This document shows positions 33,850 through 44,863 of a DNA stretch of 64,000 nucleotides, piece by piece. Every line of letters starts with the position of its first letter. Position 1 is the first letter of the stretch. Origin of the DNA: Mayamaea pseudoterrestris (lineage: Eukaryota); the NCBI GenBank assembly GCA_027923505.1, contig BROI01000014.1:186001-250000 (forward strand), given 5' to 3'. The translations under genes were made by a program, and so were the position numbers. A model generated the notes under the pieces. That model saw only the letters and a program-made list of their open reading frames with translations. It was not told where the DNA came from and did not search any database.

Positions 33850-34020
33850 TCGCGTTGAGTACCGCTACGAGGTTGCGATGCCTGATGGCTAACTCTAAAG
33901 GCATCGACTCTTTCCCACCATGGACTTGCCGTCGCACGGCTCGACTTTGTATCGGTTTGCTGCGTCTACTACGAAAGCTACTTTGATAAACTTCGCACAA
34001 GCTTTATCAAAAGTAATCTC

Positions 34021-34413
34021 ATGTTTCGTGCATCAGGCTTATGTCGCCCGCTCGCGGCAGCAGCAACGAATCAAGCAACAGCAGTGGCGACACCATCTAC
34101 CATCCAAACGCGGAATAATTGGCAGGTCGTTCTACGCAAACGCTTTGACCGACGAACCGGAAAGGTCAAGTTTGAAGACTGGGACTATCTGGTAATGGGA
34201 ATGGAGGAACCAAAGTTGTTGAACGGTGTGACGCTGTTCAATCGCTACCACTGGGAAACGGAGCACATTAAACCGACGGAAATGCGACGACGACTCAACA
34301 GCGAAAAGGTGTACAGACGCAGTGTCAAGCGACTGGATGATTTGAAGAATTACATCAAATTTACTCAGGAAGCGAAAGCTAAGGATCAGGAGGCAAGCAA
34401 GGCGATGAAGTAA
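34021..34413 (+). CDS. Probable mitochondrial ribosomal protein bS21m
   Basis: Mitochondrial-type presequence MFRASGLCRPL; EHIKPTEMRRRL resembles the S21 (Y/H)EKPxxxRRR motif. Confidence 0.65.
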   Translation: MFRASGLCRPLAAAATNQATAVATPSTIQTRNNWQVVLRKRFDRRTGKVKFEDWDYLVMGMEEPKLLNGVTLFNRYHWETEHIKPTEMRRRLNSEKVYRRSVKRLDDLKNYIKFTQEAKAKDQEASKAMK

Positions 34414-34679
34414 ATGGAGCGAGTACAAGCTAACGATACAGTTAAGATATTATGATCCCTATTTAATGACATCTTCAGATTGACTCCTTAATGCGCATGT
34501 ATGATGATATATTCCAATGTAAACTACTGAACACTTAGTGCGCCTGTGCAATTTATGCAGCATCTTTTGACATGTTGCGCGGCTGCGAGCGGACTGCTAT
34601 GCGCCCATCCTTTACTATCTACATCAAAACGAGTCAAATGTTTGAACTATGGTAAATCGTTAAATTGGTACATCTATAT

Positions 34680-36527
34680 CTACCGGCGCTTGAAAATCTC
34701 CTTGCGAAAATGGCTGGGCAGATCAGAGTTGACAAAGGTTACATTGCATTTGCCCTTGAGCCATGCGAACGTAGCATAGTCGTCGGGATCCTGGCCGCTA
34801 AATCCCCATATACCAACAAGGTAGCGCGTGGATAGCGCCTGCAAGGCATTAGCCCCTTCCTCCGTCATCATGCTTTGTTCAAACTGCAAGTAAACTCCAT
34901 CGAGGGAGCCGTCATCTCGCGCCAACCAAGAGTCGACGGGTGAGAGATCATTGACGGATACATACATTTCACATGGATGAGTCGATGGCGTGGCGACTGT
35001 CAGAAGCATCAATTTCGGTAGTTGTATATCAGGTTCACTAAACGATTCATCCGCCGTTACTTGCCGCACGTGATGCACAGCATTGTAGTGCAAGTTTGTT
35101 TGGCTGAGGCTCATTCCAACGTCATCTGCCAGCTGAAAATGGTTATTCAAGCTAGTTGCTGAACCGGCGCTAGCTTCACTTTGATGGCGGCGATGCATAC
35201 TCGGCACCCTTGGAGGCATTCCAGACTTTAATGATGTTCCATTATGCTGCGGTGTTGCCGGTCCTAGAACATTACCAAAGGTCCCAAAGTGATCCATGGA
35301 AAGCATTCGATGATGTGATGCATGTCCCAATGGACGAATGGGCGACGACAAGCTTGTTCGACTGGGTAGACTGTTTAGTGCGGCTGCTCCAAGCGTAGCC
35401 GCCGAAGCAAACTCGATGCGCAGCCGATGAATGGTAATAGCGTCAAATGACATGATCATGGCGACGCATGAACACAGCTCTGGGTGACGGAAAAGCATTC
35501 TCGCCAGCGCTGACGCAGCAGCAACGTTTCCTGGCTTGATTTCAATAATTAGTCTGGCATTGTCGGAAATGGCATGAGCCGACCGCAGCACGTCAATCAA
35601 CAATGGTGGCCGCATGCCAGTCTTGAGCGGCAGCGATATCAATTCTCGAAACGTCAGCTCCGAAACCTTCATGGAAGCACTGGTGCTACTATCATGCAGC
35701 GCAAGCCGCTTGAAATCTTCATCGTGCGCCAGCACCAACTTTTCATCCTTGGTCAAAGCAATGTCGCACTCGCACAAGTGAATCCCCGACGTCCAGGCAA
35801 GTTCGTAGGCCGCCAGCGAGTTCTCCAGTGGTCGCTTGTCGGCTCGATCTTTAATGTGATGAAAGCCTCGATGCGCCACCAATCCGGAAATGTGACTAGG
35901 CGGAAGGGAGGCAATGAGGCGCTTCAACCAATCGAGTTCCTCAATGCGAGACTCAATCATGTCCAGATGAATGGCGTCGCTATCATTTCTCTTTATTGGT
36001 ACAAAGCGAGCTTCTTCCTCATTGAGCAGCTCTCGCAGTGTTCCCAATGACTCTGCAAGAAGTGATTGACTCATAAATACACTGCTCGAGTATAACGTTG
36101 GCAGCAACTTGCCCGACAGAGCTAGAGCTGAATGGTATTTGTCGTGTTTCTTGATAAGCTTTCTCAATGCCTCGGCATTGGCCGCCGCTGCTGTATGAAG
36201 CTGCACCATGCGCTGCAAGGTTTCTCGTCCGTCCTCTGGTTTGATCATTTCGACAAAGGCTCGCAAGGCCACTCCAATTGGAGCTCCTCGTGATTCCTCG
36301 GGCGAGTCTGAAATGACTGAGAATATTTCATTCCAAATACTCTGCATGACTTCCGTAATGTCTTTACAGCTTTCCTCCAAGGCCTCCTTCCAAGAGCTCT
36401 CGAATTTGGGCAAGGCTGAAAAAATGAGCTCCTTGACGGCATTGTATGGGACGAAATAAATTTTGATGCCTTCCTCGGTCGTCTCCTCATTCTTGACAGC
36501 TCTCAAGTAGCCTCCAAAGTTCACCAT
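34680..36527 (-). CDS. SPX-domain glycerophosphodiester phosphodiesterase (SPX-GDPD, Gde1-like)
   Basis: MVNFGGYL...PYNAVK and NAEALRKLIKKHDK (SPX); AHRG, ENSLAAY, ECDIALTKD..LVLAHD, IEIK (GDPD). Confidence 0.9.
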   Translation of the reverse strand: MVNFGGYLRAVKNEETTEEGIKIYFVPYNAVKELIFSALPKFESSWKEALEESCKDITEVMQSIWNEIFSVISDSPEESRGAPIGVALRAFVEMIKPEDGRETLQRMVQLHTAAAANAEALRKLIKKHDKYHSALALSGKLLPTLYSSSVFMSQSLLAESLGTLRELLNEEEARFVPIKRNDSDAIHLDMIESRIEELDWLKRLIASLPPSHISGLVAHRGFHHIKDRADKRPLENSLAAYELAWTSGIHLCECDIALTKDEKLVLAHDEDFKRLALHDSSTSASMKVSELTFRELISLPLKTGMRPPLLIDVLRSAHAISDNARLIIEIKPGNVAAASALARMLFRHPELCSCVAMIMSFDAITIHRLRIEFASAATLGAAALNSLPSRTSLSSPIRPLGHASHHRMLSMDHFGTFGNVLGPATPQHNGTSLKSGMPPRVPSMHRRHQSEASAGSATSLNNHFQLADDVGMSLSQTNLHYNAVHHVRQVTADESFSEPDIQLPKLMLLTVATPSTHPCEMYVSVNDLSPVDSWLARDDGSLDGVYLQFEQSMMTEEGANALQALSTRYLVGIWGFSGQDPDDYATFAWLKGKCNVTFVNSDLPSHFRKEIFKRR

Positions 36528-36654
36528 GGTGGCGGCACGGCAAGAAGTATCGGCAATGACTAAAAGTCCATGGTCACTTTTGCATCTTGGTCGTCTTGTG
36601 TGCGTGCGCGCAGATTCGTTCGGTCCAGCTGTGAGTAACGGTCCGACGTGTCGC

Positions 36655-36662
36655 TGACGTCA
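36655..36662. promoter_or_regulatory. TGACGTCA bZIP/CRE-like palindrome in the SPX-GDPD / PPEF divergent promoter
   Basis: Exact CTGACGTCAT, with further TGACG and ACGTCA half-sites nearby. Confidence 0.4.
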
Positions 36663-36812
36663 TTTTTTACGTCGCATTCGGGACTGACGCAATCGCACGT
36701 CAGTCCATCCGCGACGAGCGAGATGATGAGGCCACTAGGAAAGTGATGGGCATGACCAGCCGAAACAATACAACTTAGCGATAGCTTCTTAGTCACCAAA
36801 CGACAAACGACA

Positions 36813-39317
36813 ATGGTAAGCCTCTTGTACGAGATCTGATGTCATGACTAAGCACAGTGTTCTTATTAAGTTCCTTCATTCTTTCTCCAGCTCCGACGAC
36901 TAGCCCGTCACACTTCTGTGAGCGTCAGACATCAGTCGCGTAATTTTTACTCAAACGGCAATACACGAACAGAATCAAGCTTGATACCGTCTGCTTGGCA
37001 CTTGGCTGGAGTCTTGTTCACTGCTACTTGTCTTTATGAAACCATTGGCATTTCCGAAACGGAAGCATCCGCGACGACGGTTCGACAAACGCCAGTCTCT
37101 TCTTCGGCAACATCATCGTCTTCCTCTTCCAGTGTCAATAGCAGCAATACTAGTGCTTCCTTCCAAGTAGCTGCAGCATTGGACTTGAAGGAAGAAAAGG
37201 AAAAGGTCAAGCTCGCTCGCTTTCTCCGCGAGGTGCACGACGTTTCCGAGTCCAAGCGCTCCACCCTGCTGCGTCGGTATACAACCGTCACATCGGCGTC
37301 CACGAAAACCAAGACACCTCGCCGCGACATTAAACCGCAAATTGTCAATGGCAAGATTTCGCTCAAGGGCGTCGAGCTGCTGTCGCTGAATCCGTCGCAC
37401 GCGCACGACTTGATTGCGCAGCTCATTGCGGGTGAGAGTCGGTTGGACAGGGACTCGCTCGTGCAGCTATGCAAGGCGGCGGCGATTGCGCTCAAGCAGG
37501 ATGAGTCGCTGGTGGATTTGAGGGACAAGGAGACGGTGACAGTGGTTGGTGACTTGCATGGGTCACTGAGTTGCCTGCGGCAAGTGTTGCGGTTCGTCTA
37601 CATGACTGGAGGTGCGAAGGACGCGGAGCATGGGAATGATATCCTTGTCTTCAACGGAGATTTTGTCGATCGAGGACCAAATGGACTGGAAGTGTTGTGT
37701 ACACTGTTGCTTCTCAAGCTAGCATATCCGGAGCGAGTCTATCTGATTCGTGGTAATCATGAGGACACCATGGTGTCCAGCGTGTATGGTTTCATGGAGG
37801 AGCTTCAATCGAAATACGAACGAACGGATCGTTTATGGTACGAGTTGAGCAAAGTTTTTGGAGCTTTACCCTTGGCAGCGATTACAAATACTTCTTTCAT
37901 TGTTCATGGCGGCATTCCGGAGCGAGACTTTCAGCTTGAGGATGTCCAGTCGATCACAACCGATGAGAGATCGAGAATTGCCACTGTCGTCGATCCCAGA
38001 ACGGAACATGAGCGTCTTGTAAGTGCTGGCGTGAATATTGCGGTGTGTTTCCGTATGAAATGGTAAACTAATATACTACTTTTTTAAATCGCGAAGATTG
38101 AAGCCATGCTGTGGAGTGACCCACAGGACGAGGATGGCATAAAACCAAATCATCGAGGGACTGGAATTGTTTTCGGACCTGATATTTCGAGAGAATTTTT
38201 GAAGCGATACAAACTAAAGTACTTGATTCGTAGTCATCAACCTGTTGAAAAGGGCGTGCAGACGCAGGCTTGCGGCGACGACTGTTTTGTTGTGACTGTT
38301 TTCTCGACTGCAAACTATCCGAATGGCGAAGGATCGAATAATGGAGGCGTTGTTCACCTGGACAAGGAGGGGCACTGCAACTCTGTCGAGTTTCGGTATA
38401 TCGGTGGTATTGATTATTCGCAAACACTTCAATCCATACTCTCAGGGACTGCTGAAACAATTCTCAACTACCATCGGGTACTGTGGCACGACGCGCAACG
38501 AGATGACAAGGTCGTTGAAAGCGAACGCTCCTTGGAGGAGATACTGCGCTCCTATGTAGCTGATAAACGCGACGATCTTGAAACATATTTTCGTGCCGTC
38601 GAGGACAGGGATGGTCTCATTTCGAAGCTGCAATGGGCTGTTGCGATGGAGGATGTTCTTGATTTAAAGGATGTGCGGTGGGCTGATCTACAATCAACAC
38701 TTGCGCCAACAATTTCCGGTGGTGGCGACTATATCGATTGGCGCATGTACTTGAAAAAGAATGCCAGCGAAGTTACTTTGGATGCACTGCAAGACAAGCA
38801 ATTGGCGGTGCTGCGTGATTACAAAGACAAGCTCATGAAGATCTTCGAATACTATCAGAAGGACGTGAACAGCCGAGTGACGAAGGAGGAATTTGAAGCT
38901 GCAATACAAATGCTGAATCGCCAATATGTCCCAAAGCATCGGAGGATCAAAGAGCCAGAGAAAATATTTAGAGTGTTGGATACTGGGCGAGAAGGCACAA
39001 TCGACGTCAAGGAGCTGTATGCGATGCTCACTGAGTCTCAAATACTTTCGTTAATGTGCCAAACGCTTGGGCTGAAACAAATGACTGTCCTCCAGCAGAA
39101 TCACGAGGGCTTGACGGCTGCCTTTCGCGTGATGGACACTGAAAAGAAGGGCTCGATCGATCGTCAGGCATTCATTGCTGGAGTGGAGCTATTGAACAAA
39201 CGTCTACCGAATGACAACAATCTCCATAGCATTGATCAGCTGTTCAACCTTTTAGACATTGAAGGGACCGGTCGAGTCGACATTAATCAATTTAGCCAGC
39301 TCTTTCAGGCTTTATAA
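36813..39317 (+). CDS. PPEF/RdgC-like Ser/Thr phosphatase with C-terminal EF-hands; introns 36816-36890 and 38019-38096
   Basis: GDLHG, GDFVDRG, RGNHE, HGG, LWSDP, RSHQ, TVFS; EF-hand loops DTGREGTIDVKE, DTEKKGSIDRQA, DIEGTGRVDINQ; an ATG-only first exon gives MLRRLARH. Confidence 0.88.
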
Positions 39318-39639
39318 TGATTGTCGGGCGAGTTGCGCAAACCAACAACAATGTACTCGCGAACCAGATGCAATTACTTACGAGCCGACGAATATGACTA
39401 ATTCACTGTACATAATATTGGCTGTCGCTCTACGCGTCTGCTTCAAGCTGATCAGTGCGCGTTGGCTAAATGGTTCAGAAGTGGATCTCGTGGCTAAAAA
39501 GTAATTAACAGGTTGAATGGTTACAAAATTGCTAGTACCTACCTAGTGCACCTGATACGCCGACTCGCGTACGAAGCAAGGAGGTCATGTTCTCCTCCTC
39601 CGTAACCACGTTACGGATCAGTATGGTGATTAAAGAATT

Positions 39640-40980
39640 TCAAAAATGATTTTGGTAAAAATGTGTGTATTCTCGAATGGACTCGTGGAGGCACTCGGCC
39701 ATGACTATATCCGTGTCTTCATGGCCCGCTGGCACGAAACGATACGTGAGCTCGGTTGCTCCGGCATGTTCGAGCGTGTCGACAAGCCGCTGCGCATTCC
39801 CATAGGGACATACTTCGTCCTTCAAACCTTGGCATATCCAAATGGGTAGCTGCGCCACTTGCGCGAGATGTTTTAAAATATGGTTTGGCGCTTCATACGA
39901 TCCATGAACCCAAAGCCGCGTCTCGAAAAAGGCAACGGATTGTGCCTCGGAAAAGTCTTCCTCGTCGATTACGTGAGGATCTCGAAGATAGTTTGGATCC
40001 CACTCCATGAGATTGTTTTCAAACGTCCACCAGTGCCAAATCGCGTGGCGATCGCCCCGCTGAATCAAACGCTCGTACGTTTTCATGACTCCTTCCGCAT
40101 CATTGGCATCCAACGGTGGCGCACCTTCCCTGACCAGCTCGTTTGCCGCGTAATCGTACAATACATCAAACTCGCGCAGTCGCTTGGAATTGTTCAAGTG
40201 CGCCACTCGCGAGTACACTTCCTCCACTTCTCCTTTCGATTCCAAGTAAATTCCTCGCAGTATCAGGGCCGCGCAACGCTCCGGATATTGAGCGGCGTAG
40301 GTCAATGCAACGGTGGATCCGTAGCTTCCGCCCCACACCATCCACTGTTGAATGCCAAGGTGATTGCGAATCAACTCATAGTCACTTGCAATCATGTCAA
40401 TCGTAACGTTGGTGTAATACTGCATACTTTTCGCATCGTCGCGCACGCTGGGCTGCGACTGACCCGTGCCGCGCTGGTCCACTTCCACCACAAAGTACGT
40501 TTCCGCTGGAAAGAAGCGAGCGTTGCCGTTGGCGTAGTCCGCAACGGCGTTGCCTGGTCCGCCGTGGACAAAGAGCAACGGTATTCCGGAATGCAGATTG
40601 CCCCAGACGCGGTACCATAGCTGGAGTGTCGTGTTTGGAATGGTCAAGAAGTGTTCGTGCGCTTGATGAATGGAAATGATGTTTTCGTGCTGATTGTGAA
40701 AGCGATGACGACCGTGTTGTTGCCGCTGGGAAACGTTTCGAATAATTGTTACTGCCAGCATGGCGAGAGCCAAGAAAGCTGCAGCTAGTATTAGCTTGTT
40801 ATCACGCAAAGGCTTTGCGTCAAGTACTTTAGAATGCTCGTGATCATCTTCTTCTTCATTATCCTCCTGAAGTGACAAGTGCCGGACAAGGAGATGGGAG
40901 GATTCCGACGAGTGATGACGCTGCTGCTCGATGGAATCGCGGGAATTGACCGGATGGCGATGATGAGGTTCAGCCGTCAT
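39640..40980 (-). CDS. Proline iminopeptidase (S33) with N-terminal TM anchor
   Basis: HGGPG, DQRGTGQSQP, WGGSYGS, LILRGI, QGLKDEVCP, AGH. Confidence 0.92.
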   Translation of the reverse strand: MTAEPHHRHPVNSRDSIEQQRHHSSESSHLLVRHLSLQEDNEEEDDHEHSKVLDAKPLRDNKLILAAAFLALAMLAVTIIRNVSQRQQHGRHRFHNQHENIISIHQAHEHFLTIPNTTLQLWYRVWGNLHSGIPLLFVHGGPGNAVADYANGNARFFPAETYFVVEVDQRGTGQSQPSVRDDAKSMQYYTNVTIDMIASDYELIRNHLGIQQWMVWGGSYGSTVALTYAAQYPERCAALILRGIYLESKGEVEEVYSRVAHLNNSKRLREFDVLYDYAANELVREGAPPLDANDAEGVMKTYERLIQRGDRHAIWHWWTFENNLMEWDPNYLRDPHVIDEEDFSEAQSVAFFETRLWVHGSYEAPNHILKHLAQVAQLPIWICQGLKDEVCPYGNAQRLVDTLEHAGATELTYRFVPAGHEDTDIVMAECLHESIREYTHFYQNHF

Positions 40981-41361
40981 GATCAAATGGATTTTGTTAA
41001 AAAAAGCTCCTCCTAGATTGGAAATAAGAGGTTGAATGGATGATTGGTCTGCCGATGAAGTGAAGGCGTCGGAACTTCGATGCGAGCGCGCTCATCAAAG
41101 TGCGACGCCGCAGCATAGCCACTGCGACAGCTGTTAGCTGGAATGACTTTTCACGCAGCGAGGGATTGCAGCCATGCCAATAGCAAGTCAGCCTTTACAT
41201 CTTCTAACTGTCGATTAGTTTGAAAAGTTCTATTAATAGGAAGTGAGTTAATTGTTAGTGTTTGGAGTTTAAAGCAACATGCATTAAAGGGATAATTAGA
41301 CTATATAACTAAGCGGTGAACTTCTGCCATCAACTCTAGGTATGCATGAATTACATCTTTT

Positions 41362-42483
41362 CTATCGCATTCGCTTCTTCATAAAGTCAATAAAGTATTT
41401 CATGACTTCCTCGGCCATAGGATCCGCCAGCAGGTCATGGTAGGCATCCGTGATGCGGTGAAACTCAGCATTTTCCTTGGGCGTCGCCACATGATGCACC
41501 ATGTACTCGGATCCTTCGATTGGCACACCCATATCCTTGGTTCCATGCGCAATGCAAAATGGCACTGTCAATCCTGGAATGGCTTGCGAGCGAACCGTCT
41601 CCAAGGCCGCCAGTAGATTCTTGGCAGTCCCCAAGCGAAAGGGTGACCCCGCTGAATCCACCTTGAGCTCCTTCATGCGGGGCGTCGTGTGCATGGCCAG
41701 TACCTTGGCGTCGCGCCAAATGCGATCCGCACTGACTGGATTGGGCATGAAGAATGGGATCCACTTTGGAAACAGTGGTGCCAAAATGTATCGCAAGACG
41801 ACATAGACTGGGTAGGGAGGGACATCGCCAATAATGGCTGGTCCAGTCAGCAAAATACCAGCGAATCCCTTGGGTGCAGTATCTGGTTCATCTTGGTACT
41901 GTCGCGCCAAGTGAATGGTGAGAGTGCCGCCGTACGACTCTCCCATGACAAAGAGTGGTGTCATGGGGTCGTAGTCGTTTCCAATGAGCTTGACAAAGTT
42001 TTTCAGATCCTTTAGATTGTTTTCCCACGTATCAGGAATCATCCATCGCATTCCCTCGGAGTATCCATGACCATACATGTCAGGCGCATACAATGCAATG
42101 TTTTCCTTGAAGCATGTTTCTGCCAGTAGCGCCAAATTCACCTTGCGACCATTATCAAGGACAAAGGCCTTGCCACCATGTGTCTGAATGCCATGCACGT
42201 AGACGAGAATTGCCTTTGGCTTCGCCGTGGGTGCCATTTTTCGATAGTGTAAATTTACTCCGTCGACGCAAGATTCGTACCAGTGATGCTCACAGCCTGG
42301 AAGATACTTTTCTTCCATTTTCAACTCATCTTCCGTGGGGCAGGCCGGAATGTCAACGTTACGTTCGACACCAAAGATCTTCATGTTAATGCTGCTGGAT
42401 ATTGGTTTGGCGAATGATGGACCAAGAGCTTCAATGAGACGTGGAGCGAAACTCCAAGCGACGAGACAAACGGCAACTTCCAT
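41362..42483 (-). CDS. Hydrolase_4 family monoacylglycerol lipase / lysophospholipase
   Basis: VYVHG, DMYGHGYSEG, GESYGG, HGTKD, YHDLL; start uncertain (42483 or 42525). Confidence 0.88.
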   Translation of the reverse strand: MEVAVCLVAWSFAPRLIEALGPSFAKPISSSINMKIFGVERNVDIPACPTEDELKMEEKYLPGCEHHWYESCVDGVNLHYRKMAPTAKPKAILVYVHGIQTHGGKAFVLDNGRKVNLALLAETCFKENIALYAPDMYGHGYSEGMRWMIPDTWENNLKDLKNFVKLIGNDYDPMTPLFVMGESYGGTLTIHLARQYQDEPDTAPKGFAGILLTGPAIIGDVPPYPVYVVLRYILAPLFPKWIPFFMPNPVSADRIWRDAKVLAMHTTPRMKELKVDSAGSPFRLGTAKNLLAALETVRSQAIPGLTVPFCIAHGTKDMGVPIEGSEYMVHHVATPKENAEFHRITDAYHDLLADPMAEEVMKYFIDFMKKRMR

Positions 42484-42709
42484 TGCGGCAAAAGGCATGC
42501 AAAGCCATCTGCGCGTCACGCTCATGATGTCTGCGCGAGGGCTTTTGATGCGCTGAAAGGCAGTGTCGCAGCGTGACAAATGACGTCGTACCGGTTATCG
42601 CCGCATACTCGCGCTCACTCGCATTTGCCACAGATTCATCGGCATGCATCTCGTCAATCAAAGCTTCATCTCCCGAGAGTCGTCTTGAAAACTTGGAGAG
42701 AACAATAGC

Positions 42710-44095
42710 ATGGCCAAGGAATCATCCAAGCTTGCCAAGGCACCGGGAAGAAGCGGTAAATATGCGACAGTCGAAAGCCCCGACGATGTAGATGCAGCAA
42801 CCAGCAACACGCAAGCAGCAGCTAACTGTCTCGACGCAGCAAACATTCTTGACGAAATTCAGTCCACGCCTCTTGGAATGGATCGTCATTCATGGCAGCG
42901 AAGAATCCTGTTAGTATCGACTCTGCTCCTCTCCATGTGTGTACTGCTCTTGTGCGTTTACATTCGCAATCAGCAAGAAACGATACAAGCATTGAAAACA
43001 AGCAGCAAAATTACAGGCGACAATCCAACAATATCCAACGAAAATACTCTAAATTGGCTTCCCCTCCCATCATCCGACACTGTCATGACAAAAATTGCCT
43101 TTGGCTCTTGCGCTCGCCAAGACATGCCGCAACCATACTGGGACACGCTCGTGTCGTTTCAGCCTCAATTGGTGCTGCTCATGGGCGACAATATATACGG
43201 CGACTGCGACGATTCAAACTGCACCAAGCTGTTTCAAGCCTACAATGACTTTGCGAAGCATCCATCCGTCCAAGGAGCCGCCAAGCAGTTTCCCGTCTTT
43301 GCCACGCTCGATGACCACGACTATGGACAGGGCGACTGCCACGCCGATAATCCGTACAAGGAGATTGCCCGACGCAAGTTTGCGTCGTTTTACAATATCG
43401 ACTGGAAGGAGTTGCCGAAGAATGATGGTGTCTACCGGAGCCGCATATTTGGACCGCCGGGTAGGCAGCTTCAAATTATACTGCTGGATACTCGCTACGG
43501 TCGGAGTCCATTTCAAGAAACCAAACGATCCACGGCTCCGTATACACCAATCACTGATCCAGACATGCCTCAGCAAATGCTGAGTGAGCGTCAGTGGAAG
43601 TGGCTGGCCAACGAGCTGGACAAGCCAGCCGACTTGCGTGTCATTGTCAGCTCCATTCAAGTCATGAACGATGTGTGTGTGTTTGAATCATGGCGGCAAT
43701 TGCCGCGCGAGCGCCAACGACTCTACAATCTACTGCAACCCCATAGAAATGTTATTTTGCTGAGCGGCGACCGACACGTTGGCGCCTTTTTAACGTCGGA
43801 GAATGGTGGTTTGACGGAAGTGACGGCGTCGTCGTGGACGCATGCGATTCCCTTTGGTGCCTACGGAAGCAACTGCTCAACGTCAGAGGAGTGTGACGAA
43901 GCGGATCCGCGACGAATTGGAAACTTGGTGCGGGACAATCACTTTGGATCGCTCGAGATTGACTGGGAGTCGCGCGAATACATGGTGGCGCTTCGAAAGG
44001 CGGAAACGTCGTACGGCACCATGTATCGTCACAAGTGGAGCAGCGATGCTGGCTTTGTGATTCAGTCGCACAACTACACGATCAGTTCCATCTGA
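42710..44095 (+). CDS. phoD: Alkaline phosphatase D family (PhoD), type II membrane-anchored
   Basis: IAFGSC, MGDNIYGD, DDHDYG, LLDTRY, QWKWL, LSGDRH; single N-terminal TM. Confidence 0.93.
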   Translation: MAKESSKLAKAPGRSGKYATVESPDDVDAATSNTQAAANCLDAANILDEIQSTPLGMDRHSWQRRILLVSTLLLSMCVLLLCVYIRNQQETIQALKTSSKITGDNPTISNENTLNWLPLPSSDTVMTKIAFGSCARQDMPQPYWDTLVSFQPQLVLLMGDNIYGDCDDSNCTKLFQAYNDFAKHPSVQGAAKQFPVFATLDDHDYGQGDCHADNPYKEIARRKFASFYNIDWKELPKNDGVYRSRIFGPPGRQLQIILLDTRYGRSPFQETKRSTAPYTPITDPDMPQQMLSERQWKWLANELDKPADLRVIVSSIQVMNDVCVFESWRQLPRERQRLYNLLQPHRNVILLSGDRHVGAFLTSENGGLTEVTASSWTHAIPFGAYGSNCSTSEECDEADPRRIGNLVRDNHFGSLEIDWESREYMVALRKAETSYGTMYRHKWSSDAGFVIQSHNYTISSI

Positions 44096-44863
44096 AGGCT
44101 TTGCTCGTTATTAAGTTCTGAAGCTATAGCATTTGCTGCTACGCGCATCAGAATATTGGCGGTGATAACATCATTACGTCAAGCCTGATTTTCTGCGTTT
44201 TGGGAGGGTTGCATGCATATATTACGGGCTATCTGCAAGGCATACTCCGGCGCTGTATATATAACTGCTGCGCGTCGCAACCATTCTGACGTATCATACA
44301 TAACGGGTTAATTGCAGAGAAAGCGAGAATGGTTCATATGCATTGCATCCATTTAGCGCCCGCCTCAAATTTGTGGGGCGCATACTGGCGACGAGAAAGA
44401 CGGTTTGAACGAAGAAGGTGGCTTAACAAAGCGTCGTCGTCTTGATACGACGAACCGATGTCCAACGGCGCAATTTTTTATTAGTTGGCTCGTATCTGGT
44501 GCTGTTCGGTATAATATACTGGGTTGAAGCCAGGCGTAATTTGCGACCGGACAACGTATGTCGGGCACCAACACGAGCACTTGCGATTCTATTAATTTGC
44601 GGCGATGGGTGATCAATTAAAAGTAATGTATCATAATGATTGACTGTGAATCTTGCCGGCTAATTGGGAAGCTGGATAGCAGGAAGAACGACAGCTCACA
44701 AGGGGACGATGTAGTGGCTGATTGCATCACTCTTTCCATCAAGACTGAATGAAAGCTGTCAAGCAAGGCATTTTTGCTGCGTTGGACCAATCTTCCGTCA
44801 GCGTCGTCATTGCTGCTTCTAGTTACGCATAGAAAGCAGCTTTGGTTGAAGGAAATGGGAGAC

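Noticed and set aside
25550..39317. Functional cluster of two J-proteins and two PPP phosphatases
   Set aside because: Different subfamilies and predicted compartments; both families are large, so proximity is plausibly chance
39880..40620. 246-aa plus-strand ORF and similar long antisense ORFs elsewhere
   Set aside because: Antisense to well-supported genes; explained by codon bias
44640..44860. Copia RNase H C-terminus upstream of the LTR (VADCITLS resembles ADxxTK)
   Set aside because: Too short and degenerate; no RT or RNase H frame can be extended
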